From contig VMGD01000005.1 of the NCBI GenBank assembly GCA_007376405.1, forward strand, positions 2,372-66,371: a stretch of 64,000 nucleotides of DNA, written 5' to 3'. This DNA is from Microgenomates group bacterium Gr01-1014_7 (GTDB lineage Bacteria; Patescibacteriota; Microgenomatia; Daviesbacterales; UBA10151). The translations under genes were made by a program, and so were the position numbers. The notes beneath the pieces are model-generated. The model was not told the origin of the DNA. It searched no databases and saw only the letters and a list, made by a program, of their open reading frames with translations. Below, one piece after another: positions 18,756-26,448 of the stretch. Every line of letters begins with the position of its first letter. Position 1 is the stretch's first letter.

Positions 18756-19654
18756 AGTCTAAATACTCTCATCTTTGCTGATCTCGCTCTCGGATTCTCA
18801 TTTATCTCCTGTGCATTAGGTAAAATCGGCTTCTTGGTTAAAACCTGACCCCATCCTTGATCTTGCCACCTTGCAAAAGTATCCTTAACGATCCGGTCCT
18901 CAAGTGAGTGAAAACTAATAATCACAATGTGACCATTTTTTTCTATTAAATCTTTTACTTCCTCCAAACCTGTCTCTAAAGCACCCAGTTCATCATTGAC
19001 TGCAATCCGCAAAGCCTGAAATACTCTGGTAGCCGGATGTATTTCCCAGTTCCTTGTCCCAACCCTCCGATAAACTCCTTCCACCAAACCAGCCAGTTCT
19101 TTTGTGGTCCTTACTCCACGGGAGCTGACCAAAGCAGAAGCCACCTGCCAAGAATACTTTTCTTCACCAAAATTAGAAAATAATTCATACAACTCCTTTC
19201 TTGTTAAAATTTTAATCAGATCCAGTGCCCTAACTCCTAAACCCGGATCCATTCTCATATCCAAAGGGCCATTCTTAGCAAAAGAAAAACCCCTTTCGGG
19301 GCTCATCAGTTGCAAACTGGATACCCCTAAATCAAAAATTGCACCTGCAAACTTCTGATCCGCCCTGAGCGAAATCGAAGGGTCCGTCTGCTTATTTAAT
19401 AAATCTTTTAATTCTCTAAAATTACCCTGAATAAGCTTGTACTTACTCTCATCTATCCCTAAATCTTTAAATCTTTTTTGCACTCTTTTAAGGGCTTGCG
19501 GGTCAATGTCTAAACCAACGACCCTCCCACCCCGCGCGATTAGTTCTATACAGTGCCCTCCGTCGCCTAAAGTACAATCTATATACCAGGCATCTCGGAC
19601 CGAGAGTGCATCTATCGCTTCCCTAAGAAGAACGGGCTTGTGATATCCTTCCAT
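18752..19654 (-). CDS. rsmH: 16S rRNA m4C1402 methyltransferase
   Basis: HKPVLL, DCTLGDGGH, DLGVSS, PLDMRM, FQALRIAVN, ISFHSLEDR, NPRARSAKMR. Confidence 0.98.
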   Translation of the reverse strand: MEGYHKPVLLREAIDALSVRDAWYIDCTLGDGGHCIELIARGGRVVGLDIDPQALKRVQKRFKDLGIDESKYKLIQGNFRELKDLLNKQTDPSISLRADQKFAGAIFDLGVSSLQLMSPERGFSFAKNGPLDMRMDPGLGVRALDLIKILTRKELYELFSNFGEEKYSWQVASALVSSRGVRTTKELAGLVEGVYRRVGTRNWEIHPATRVFQALRIAVNDELGALETGLEEVKDLIEKNGHIVIISFHSLEDRIVKDTFARWQDQGWGQVLTKKPILPNAQEINENPRARSAKMRVFRL

Positions 19655-20048
19655 AGTCTCTTTCTATGTTCGCTAAATGCTTTTTCCAAATCTTATTATT
19701 CCAAACCTCAAAATGATCACCCGCGCCAATTATCGCCACATCCTCTTTTACGCTAGCGAAATCAAGCAGGGCCGACGGTATAATTATCCGACCTTGGCTA
19801 TCAAGCTCCACCGATTCGCTGCCGGAAAACAGGTATCTGCGCAAATACCTGGCCCGTTCTTCCGTTGCTGAAATTTCAAGTTGCTTTTTCGCTTCTACCT
19901 CGAAATCTAATATGTCAAATCCCCAAATGCATCCTTCAAATCCCCTGCTTAAAATAACTTCCTTGCTTTTTAACTCTTGCCTGAATTTTCGAGGTAAAAT
20001 TATTCTTCCTTTTCCGCTAAACTTTGTTTGATATTCGCCCAAAAACAT
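19623..20048 (-). CDS. mraZ: Transcriptional regulator MraZ
   Basis: MFLGEY..KGRIILP..FR, LDSQGRIIIP, GAGDHFEVW. Confidence 0.96.
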   Translation of the reverse strand: MFLGEYQTKFSGKGRIILPRKFRQELKSKEVILSRGFEGCIWGFDILDFEVEAKKQLEISATEERARYLRRYLFSGSESVELDSQGRIIIPSALLDFASVKEDVAIIGAGDHFEVWNNKIWKKHLANIERDYGRISQARSS

Positions 20049-20070
20049 GAGGTCATCCTCTTTTATCTCG

Positions 20071-20150
20071 TCGAAGTCCCGATCATTCGGGACAAAGGCG
20101 GACTTTCTGGGCAGAATATTGTGTCCCTCGAAGTCCCGATCATTCGGGAC
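20071..20150. repeat. Two identical 23-bp hairpin-forming direct repeats
   Basis: TCGAAGTCCCGATCATTCGGGAC at 20071-20093 and 20128-20150; related GTCCCAAT-TTT-ATTGGGAC at 20215-20233. Confidence 0.9.
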
Positions 20151-20160
20151 GTAGTGGGAT

Positions 20161-20214
20161 CACCTTAAATCACCATCTATCTCCATTTTGAACCATTATA
20201 AACCCACTTGTCAA
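20161..20214 (-). promoter_or_regulatory. Putative MraZ-binding decamer repeats and dcw promoter
   Basis: Minus strand TTGACA then GTGGG/ATGGT/ATGGA/ATGGT at ~10-bp period, resembling known TGG-containing MraZ boxes. Confidence 0.7.
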
Positions 20215-20289
20215 GTCCCAATTTTATTGGGACGCAGACCCTGAGTTGATCGAAGGGTCAAGGGGTATTTTTTACAAAAATATCCCGCA

Positions 20290-20362
20290 GACCCCGTAAA
20301 ATCGCAGCACGAACCGTGAACGAATAGTTCTGAAAAGGTGAGTGCTGAGATTAGATGGGGTC
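20290..20362. repeat. Long imperfect inverted repeat (REP/MITE-like)
   Basis: Arms ACCCCGTAAAATCGCAGCAC and GTGCTGAGATTAGATGGGGT, 16/20 complementary. Confidence 0.65.
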
Positions 20363-20375
20363 AAGAACAGATTTA

Positions 20376-21266
20376 TTATTTCTTGGGGATTAAAACAGCA
20401 AATATGCCGGCACCGGAGGCTTTCCCGGTAAACTTACTTCCATCAAGCGCTGCCTCCGGCTCCACCCATTTATTTTGCGAATCATCATATCTTGCCAGTT
20501 TTGCGCCAAGTGGCGGATTTTCAGCCAGCTCCAAGCTAACATTTCCTCCGGGCAAACTCTTGGCAATTGGCACATTCAAAGCGTAAACCTTTCCCAAAAC
20601 TATCTTACCTTCCGGCAGTTTTGGCACTCCTGTTAAATCATTAATTATAGAAAAACCTATATTGGATAAGGCTTGCCTGTCTGCATTTATTTTATAAACA
20701 AAATGTCCATCTCCGGAGGTTAAATTCCCCAAAGCCACATCAGGTTTTTGCAAATGCCACTGTGTTACCATTCTGTATGCCTTACTACCCTTTCTAATGT
20801 GCAGAGTTAAGGTGCCATTCTCAACTCCTTTATCATATTTACAAACATTTTGACTGCAGGTCCCGAATAAAATCTCCTGTTCATATTCTCCTTTTTTATC
20901 TTTGGTATCAATTGTTCCCTGCACTCCCCTGTCAATACTACCGGAGCCCGTAGCGGATTCTTCTTCCCGGTTTCCGGCAACCCTAATCTCCATTACTTTT
21001 GAGGTATAGGCCAGCTCATATGTTATGGCATCATAACTGGCAGTTCTTTTAAGGTTTAAAACTAAAGCATTGCCGTCGCGGCGGGGGTAAAGTAGCGCAT
21101 ATGGTCCTTCCGCATCAAAAGTTAAATCAACTCCTTCCACCGGCCCGGAATCTTTATTAATGAAGTTTTGAAAACCTAATATCCCTAATACCCCCACTAT
21201 CCCTAATACCCCAATCAGAGTAGCTGTAACCTTATGCGCAGCAAACCAGACTTTCAGTTTATCCAT
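20376..21266 (-). CDS. Hypothetical membrane-anchored protein
   Basis: 296-aa ORF, N-terminal TM, beta-rich soluble part with one Cys pair; 1 bp downstream of glyQS. Confidence 0.75.
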   Translation of the reverse strand: MDKLKVWFAAHKVTATLIGVLGIVGVLGILGFQNFINKDSGPVEGVDLTFDAEGPYALLYPRRDGNALVLNLKRTASYDAITYELAYTSKVMEIRVAGNREEESATGSGSIDRGVQGTIDTKDKKGEYEQEILFGTCSQNVCKYDKGVENGTLTLHIRKGSKAYRMVTQWHLQKPDVALGNLTSGDGHFVYKINADRQALSNIGFSIINDLTGVPKLPEGKIVLGKVYALNVPIAKSLPGGNVSLELAENPPLGAKLARYDDSQNKWVEPEAALDGSKFTGKASGAGIFAVLIPKK

Positions 21267-21267
21267 C

Positions 21268-22572
21268 TCACGTTATCTTATCATCCAGGTACTTCCTTAA
21301 GTCAACTATTTTTACCCTGTCCTGTTTGGCGCTGTCCCTATCTCTTACTGTCACCATCTCATCCTCCAGACTCTGAAAATCTACGGTAATACAAAATGGG
21401 GTCCCTATCTCATCCTGAGAAGCATACCTTCCCCCAATATTCCCCCTGTCATCCCAAACTACCATGAAATCTTTCTTTAAATCAAGGTAGATTTCTTTTG
21501 CTTTTTTCACCAGCTCGGGCTTATTAGCTAGAAGCGGAAAAACAGCTGCTTTAAATGGAGCAAGTTTTGGATGAAGTTTCAAAATTACTTTACCGTCTTT
21601 TTCACTATAAGCATCAATCAGGAAAAACAATGCAGCTCTGTCAACTCCGCCCGAGGTTTCTATAACCCATGGCAGATATTCATCACCCGAATCAGGATCG
21701 CGGTATTTCATACTCTGTCCGCTATACTGCTCATGGCGGGACAAGTCCCAATCACCTCTGTTGTGTATCCCTTCAAATTCAGACCACCCGAATGGAGAAT
21801 TATATTCTATATCACATGCTGCTCGGGCATAATGAGCTCTCTCGTGTTCCTCATGATCTCTAAAGCGCAAATTTTCTTTTTTTATTCCCAGCTTCAAATA
21901 CCAGTCCATTCGCATTTTTTTCCAGTATTCAAACCACTTCTCTCCTTCTTTCTCTTTTGGCTCAATATAAAATTGATTTTCCATCTGCTCAAATTCTCTT
22001 GACCTGAAAGTAAAATTTCCCGGGGTAATCTCATTTCTGAATGCTTTTCCAATTTGGGCAATGCCAAAAGGAATCCGGACTCTGGTTGAATCCAATACGT
22101 TTTTAAAATTAACATGCACCCCCTGGGTAATTTCTCCCCTTAAGTATATTTCTGATTGTTTCTCTTCTAAAACACCTAAATAGGCTTTCACCAAAAGATT
22201 AAATTTCCGGGCCTCTGTAAACTCATGTTGGGAATTACCCTCAATACATTTCTCTGCAACATCGAGCTTATCGGCCCGGAATCTTTTGTGGCATTTTTTG
22301 CATTCCACCAGAGGATCTGTAAAAGCTTCGACATGGCCGGATGCTTCCCAGGTTTTGGGATTCATCATAATGGCCGCGTCCAATCCCACAATATCTTCGC
22401 GAAGCTGCACCATATCTTTCCACCACTGATTCTTTATATTTCTTTTTAGTTCTGTTCCAAGTGGTCCATAGTCCCAGGTTCCAGCCAGCCCCCCATAAAT
22501 TTCCGAGCCGGGGTAGATAAATCCCCGCCTTTTACATAAAGCCACAATTTTTTGCATTAAATCATTATCCAT
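21268..22572 (-). CDS. glyQS: Glycine--tRNA ligase, homodimeric (alpha2) type
   Basis: CKRRGF, EIYGG, DYGPLG, QIGKAFRNEITP, REFEQME, DEIGTPFCITVDF. Confidence 0.97.
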   Translation of the reverse strand: MDNDLMQKIVALCKRRGFIYPGSEIYGGLAGTWDYGPLGTELKRNIKNQWWKDMVQLREDIVGLDAAIMMNPKTWEASGHVEAFTDPLVECKKCHKRFRADKLDVAEKCIEGNSQHEFTEARKFNLLVKAYLGVLEEKQSEIYLRGEITQGVHVNFKNVLDSTRVRIPFGIAQIGKAFRNEITPGNFTFRSREFEQMENQFYIEPKEKEGEKWFEYWKKMRMDWYLKLGIKKENLRFRDHEEHERAHYARAACDIEYNSPFGWSEFEGIHNRGDWDLSRHEQYSGQSMKYRDPDSGDEYLPWVIETSGGVDRAALFFLIDAYSEKDGKVILKLHPKLAPFKAAVFPLLANKPELVKKAKEIYLDLKKDFMVVWDDRGNIGGRYASQDEIGTPFCITVDFQSLEDEMVTVRDRDSAKQDRVKIVDLRKYLDDKIT

Positions 22573-22584
22573 ATTATTAATTTC

Positions 22585-22621
22585 ATTCTACCATAATTGG
22601 TGCGTCTCCTAGAAAGACGCA
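22585..22621 (-). promoter_or_regulatory. Extended -10 (TGGTAGAAT) upstream of glyQS plus a 7-bp-stem hairpin
   Basis: Plus-strand attctacca at 22585-22593; TGCGTCT-N7-AGACGCA at 22601-22621. Confidence 0.5.
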
Positions 22622-22640
22622 ATAATCTTTCACTATTATC

Positions 22641-22970
22641 TTAGTTGTTTTCGTTATTTTCAGGTTTTGCACCCTCATAAGGTTTAGTCATATCCAAGTT
22701 TAACTTTTCTACCGATTGATCTCTTGACTTATTTTTTTCATCAGAGAAAAGTCTTTGTCTAATTACTTCTTCTGATATACCATCATCCTCTAAAAGTTTA
22801 ACTTCTATTAGAGTCAACATTGATGTCATACATCTAAAAGCATTAGAACATCTTATATCTGGACAGGTTGGTTGACGAACATTATCATCCCAACAAGGAA
22901 AATTCAGTTGGTACTTTCTTATAGTTGCTCTCGTTTCCTCTTCTGTCCTAGGTTTTGGCATTCTTTCCAT
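22641..22970 (-). CDS. Hypothetical 109-aa protein with C-x9-C-x4-C-x5-C
   Basis: Strong SD AAAGGAGGTG 6 nt upstream of ATG 22970 (MERMPKPR...); the longer GTG start in the track lies inside the T-box. Confidence 0.7.
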   Translation of the reverse strand: MERMPKPRTEEETRATIRKYQLNFPCWDDNVRQPTCPDIRCSNAFRCMTSMLTLIEVKLLEDDGISEEVIRQRLFSDEKNKSRDQSVEKLNLDMTKPYEGAKPENNENN

Positions 22971-22976
22971 CCTAAA

Positions 22977-23144
22977 CACCTCCTTTCTGCACATAAAAAT
23001 ATGCAAAAGGGACGGAGAATATCTAGGATATCTGCGCGGTTCCACCCAACTTTAGTCTTAAATGATTTCCATTAATAAGACTACACTCTTTTTGCTAAAA
23101 ATTACTCCATCATTGCCAGTGACTTCACAGCAATTTTCAGCAAA
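22977..23144 (-). ncRNA. Gly T-box riboswitch 2 (ultrashort Stem I, probably translational)
   Basis: Stem I 23144-23091 with GA motif and loop cuGGCaa; Stem III 23083-23053; antiterminator GGGUGGAACCGCG...CGUCCC 23047-23009; SD-sequestering hairpin ~23011-22981. Confidence 0.85.
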
Positions 23145-23171
23145 GTAAATATTTAATTGTAAAAATGAAAA

Positions 23172-23284
23172 TAGGGACGAGGTAACTCGCGGTTCCACCC
23201 TAATTGTTTAACTGGTCAAATTGCTTAAGTTAAACCCCTTAATGTAGTATAGCTCAGGGGTGCCAATATCCCCATCAACGCTAA
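23172..23284 (-). ncRNA. Gly T-box riboswitch 1 (ultrashort Stem I)
   Basis: UAGCGUUGAUGGGGAUAUU-GGC-ACCCCUGAGCUA; Stem III GUUUAACU/AGUUAAAC 23235-23206; AAUUAGGGUGGAACCGCGAGUUACCUCGUCCCUA. Confidence 0.88.
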
Positions 23285-23291
23285 CTATCTA

Positions 23292-23320
23292 TTTATATCA
23301 TATCTTTAAATTTTTTTCAA
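23292..23320 (-). promoter_or_regulatory. Sigma70 promoter upstream of T-box 1
   Basis: TTGAAA-N17-TATAAA with TG extension; the predicted TSS (~23285) abuts Stem I. Confidence 0.65.
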
Positions 23321-23923
23321 GAATTTTCTACTTTTTAATTGTCCTTCTATTACTCTTTCTACATGATATCTCAATACTCTTTCTAGTTCCAGAGCCTGTT
23401 TTTGATTTATTTCCATTTTCTCAATCTCATTCCAGGATTTTGTTTCCAATTCCTCCAGCAATTTTGTATTGGACGCCTGAAAACTAACAAAGCCCAAGTT
23501 GGATAAAATTTTAACTTCAAATGCCCGGATCAGAATTTGGCGGGGGTTGATAGATAATCTATTTAATACTTCCACCAGATGTTGATATAAAATCCTGTTT
23601 TCCTGATTTTCCGCAGTCATCTTACAAGTAAGTTCAATAATATGAAATGCATAAGTTGAAAGAGTCAAATTTGCCTTTAGTTTTGGATAAGTATCTAAGC
23701 TTTCCGCCTCTGTTAAAACCGGCATGCCTTTTCCCTGATGTAAATACAGCGAAACCCGGTTTAGAAGTTCAACATTGCCGGCCCTTCTGGAAGTAATCCT
23801 TCTTACTCCCTTACCAACCACAGAGATTTTACCCCGCTGGAGACTAAAAACAGTTAAAATCCGATCCGCCTCCCCAAAATTTTTCCTCTTTAAAATAATT
23901 CCTTCAACTTTAAACCCCGGCAT
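23306..23923 (-). CDS. recO: DNA repair protein RecO
   Basis: EGIILKRKNFGEADRILTVFS..GKISVVGKGVRR OB-fold N-terminus. Confidence 0.93.
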   Translation of the reverse strand: MPGFKVEGIILKRKNFGEADRILTVFSLQRGKISVVGKGVRRITSRRAGNVELLNRVSLYLHQGKGMPVLTEAESLDTYPKLKANLTLSTYAFHIIELTCKMTAENQENRILYQHLVEVLNRLSINPRQILIRAFEVKILSNLGFVSFQASNTKLLEELETKSWNEIEKMEINQKQALELERVLRYHVERVIEGQLKSRKFLKKI

Positions 23924-23931
23924 GGAGAGAA

Positions 23932-25788
23932 TTATATCCCAAACTTGAACTCTTTATCCTGATCTAATTTAAAATCAGCTTTTTGGGAACCGTTGATTTT
24001 AATTTTATACTGAAAATCTTTGGCTCCGGGTTGTTTTTGAATTAACAGCTTATATTGATCCTGTGGAGAATATGGAATTTCATATTCTATTTCCAGCTTT
24101 CTGCTATTTTGCGGCCTGACCTGGATAAATGCTTCAAAAACGGTTTTTCCCAGATCTGCTATGGTATTAACAGTATCCTCCGACCCTTTGGAAGAAATAA
24201 GCTTACTGCCAGCCGGCACATAAAATCTGACATAATCCCGGTTAATCCCGTTTAGCCAGATATTAAAAGCCTGGGGATTTTTATATTCAACCGTAATTTT
24301 TTTGGTAACTTTCCCCCCGCTTATTTTAATTTCCTGAGTAACTGCCTGCTCAACATATAAATTTGATTTCCCCCCGGCAAAATTGGAATCATTAATATGC
24401 AAATAGTCTCCGTCAAACTCTTTTATCTGCCCTGTCCAGTTTAACTTGGCCAAACCACTCTGCAAAGCTTTATCATGCATATAAAACATGATGTGCTTGT
24501 GGTTTGCCAGCCTTGCCACAGTTTCAATAAGGGCGGGAAGTTTTTCAACATCCGCTCCCAAAGCTTTGGCCAGAATTTGCTGCATCAAAACTCCCAACAC
24601 TGCCTTTCTGTCCTTTTCTCCTTTGGCAGCAATTTCCGCATAAGATTCCAGTTCATAAATAACGTTCGGACAATTGCATCTTTTATCTATTTCTGCTGAG
24701 TATTTGGTTCCAAAAACATCAATAGGACCAGTTACTTCAATTAATTCTTCTACTACTTGCGAGTCTATATAAATAATCCCGTCAAAAGGTAAACCTTCTC
24801 CCAAAAGCTGATACATTCTTTCAAACTCTTTGGCCGAGGTTGGCACATCAGGAGAAATATTAGAATCCCTCATACTCCAGGCAGACCGGGGCTTACCGGA
24901 GACTTCAGGCAAATATTTAACAATAGGGGACGGGGGAGTCAGAGGACAAATTTTCGTCAGACAAACATTCAATAATTTTTCATCCAGCCTGTAAATATCA
25001 TCGGAGGTGGTAGCACTAACTTGCCCGTTTTTAAGCTGCAGCGTGGCAAAAGCGGTCATAAATCCCCCTGTTGCCCGGATTTCTTTGTCATTTTGAAAAA
25101 GCAGCAGATAGTTTTTCTGGGAGGGAATTCCCAAAGCAGAAGGAGCCAGAGTTAAGGCTACTTTGCCCTCTTCCACTGCCACTGCCGCACCGGCTATAAA
25201 ATTTTTAGCCAATTCTATGTTCTTTCTGATCTTTTTATTGCCAAAGCTCTCCGGGTATTTACCGGTATTGATATTTTTAACTGCCTGCGCGCCTCTTTTT
25301 AAATTATTTTCCACTTTATCCAAAAGAGTTACGGATTTATCCAGAATTTTAAGCGCTTGCGAAACCCGGTCCGGTCCGCTTTTTGGATGACCATCAAATC
25401 CCAACTCTACTTTACTTGATTCTAAATTAGTAAGGATTGTACTGAGCGCAGTTAAATCCTCAACCCCTCCTGACACTAAACCCTTAACATCTGAATAATA
25501 ACCACCCACCAAAGGAACAGCCTTCAACCAGATTAAAAAGGTCAAGGCAAAATTCATTTTCTGCAAACCATTTTTTGTGGCTGTAGTTTCGTTTTTTAAC
25601 TGGTCATAATTTTGGGCTTTGTATGCGGATATCAAACTTTTACTGTGAGATGAAACTTCTTTAAAACCAAGATAGATAAATATTGAGGGAATAATTAACA
25701 GTATTGCCAAAACAACCGGAATTCTAATCAGATTTTTCTTAAATCCGGACATCCGTTTCTTTTTAAAACTGTAATTTTGTCTATCCAT
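23932..25788 (-). CDS. DUF4012 domain membrane protein
   Basis: YLLLFQNDKEIRATGGF, RDSNISPD, NFAGGKSN, IQKQPG; start at ATG 25788 (TAATG overlap). Confidence 0.85.
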   Translation of the reverse strand: MDRQNYSFKKKRMSGFKKNLIRIPVVLAILLIIPSIFIYLGFKEVSSHSKSLISAYKAQNYDQLKNETTATKNGLQKMNFALTFLIWLKAVPLVGGYYSDVKGLVSGGVEDLTALSTILTNLESSKVELGFDGHPKSGPDRVSQALKILDKSVTLLDKVENNLKRGAQAVKNINTGKYPESFGNKKIRKNIELAKNFIAGAAVAVEEGKVALTLAPSALGIPSQKNYLLLFQNDKEIRATGGFMTAFATLQLKNGQVSATTSDDIYRLDEKLLNVCLTKICPLTPPSPIVKYLPEVSGKPRSAWSMRDSNISPDVPTSAKEFERMYQLLGEGLPFDGIIYIDSQVVEELIEVTGPIDVFGTKYSAEIDKRCNCPNVIYELESYAEIAAKGEKDRKAVLGVLMQQILAKALGADVEKLPALIETVARLANHKHIMFYMHDKALQSGLAKLNWTGQIKEFDGDYLHINDSNFAGGKSNLYVEQAVTQEIKISGGKVTKKITVEYKNPQAFNIWLNGINRDYVRFYVPAGSKLISSKGSEDTVNTIADLGKTVFEAFIQVRPQNSRKLEIEYEIPYSPQDQYKLLIQKQPGAKDFQYKIKINGSQKADFKLDQDKEFKFGI

Positions 25789-26423
25789 TACACTGCTCCT
25801 TTGCCGGATAAAACAGCCGGAATAGTTTTTAGAAGAAGCCAAAGGTCATAAATGATTGAGCGTTTCTCTACATATGAAGCATCCATTTGTACTCTTTTAT
25901 CAAAATTAATCTCCGATCTTCCGGAAACCTGCCAAATACCGGTAATTCCCGGTTTGCCGGATAAAATAATCTTAACATATTTTCTGGATGAGGGATATTT
26001 TACCTGTTGATGTTCCAGCTCATCCGGATAATACGCACGCGGTCCAACCATACTCATCTCCCCTCTGAGCACATTCAAAAGCTGAGGTAGCTCATCCAGC
26101 GAATGCTTGCGGATAAACTTACCAACCGGTGTAATTCTGGGATCATTATAAAGTTTATAACTTCCCTTTTTATATTCTTCATAAAGAGCTTGAAATTTTG
26201 GATCTTTGCGCAAAAGATCATGCGCATTGGCAATCATTGAACGGAATTTATACATTTTGAAAAGCTTGCCTCCTTTTCCCACTCTCATTGGGGTATCTGC
26301 AAAAATAGGGCCTGTCGAGTCAACTTTTATGGCCAGTGCAACTAGTAAAAGTATCGGCAATAAGAAGATTAAACCTAGAACTGAACCAATGACATCTATA
26401 AATCTTTTTACAAATTGATACAT
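25788..26423 (-). CDS. Priming sugar transferase (WbaP/WcaJ C-terminal type)
   Basis: KRFIDV, FKMYKFRSM, DPRIT.VGKFIRK.SLDELPQL.NVL.GEMS.VGPR, KPGITG.WQVSGR. Confidence 0.95.
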   Translation of the reverse strand: MYQFVKRFIDVIGSVLGLIFLLPILLLVALAIKVDSTGPIFADTPMRVGKGGKLFKMYKFRSMIANAHDLLRKDPKFQALYEEYKKGSYKLYNDPRITPVGKFIRKHSLDELPQLLNVLRGEMSMVGPRAYYPDELEHQQVKYPSSRKYVKIILSGKPGITGIWQVSGRSEINFDKRVQMDASYVEKRSIIYDLWLLLKTIPAVLSGKGAV

Positions 26424-26448
26424 ATGCAGAATAAAGACATTCTATATA

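Noticed and set aside
20071-20150. Mini CRISPR array (23-bp repeat, 34-bp spacer)
   Set aside because: Only two repeats, no adjacent cas genes, and related hairpins occur dispersed (20215, 14880), which fits a REP-like family better
22971-23045. N-terminal extension of the 134-aa ORF in the track
   Set aside because: The GTG start lies within the T-box antiterminator; a strong SD supports ATG 22970
23145-23171. Intrinsic terminator after T-box 1
   Set aside because: U-rich on the minus strand, but no sequence complementary to the antiterminator 3' arm to form a terminator hairpin
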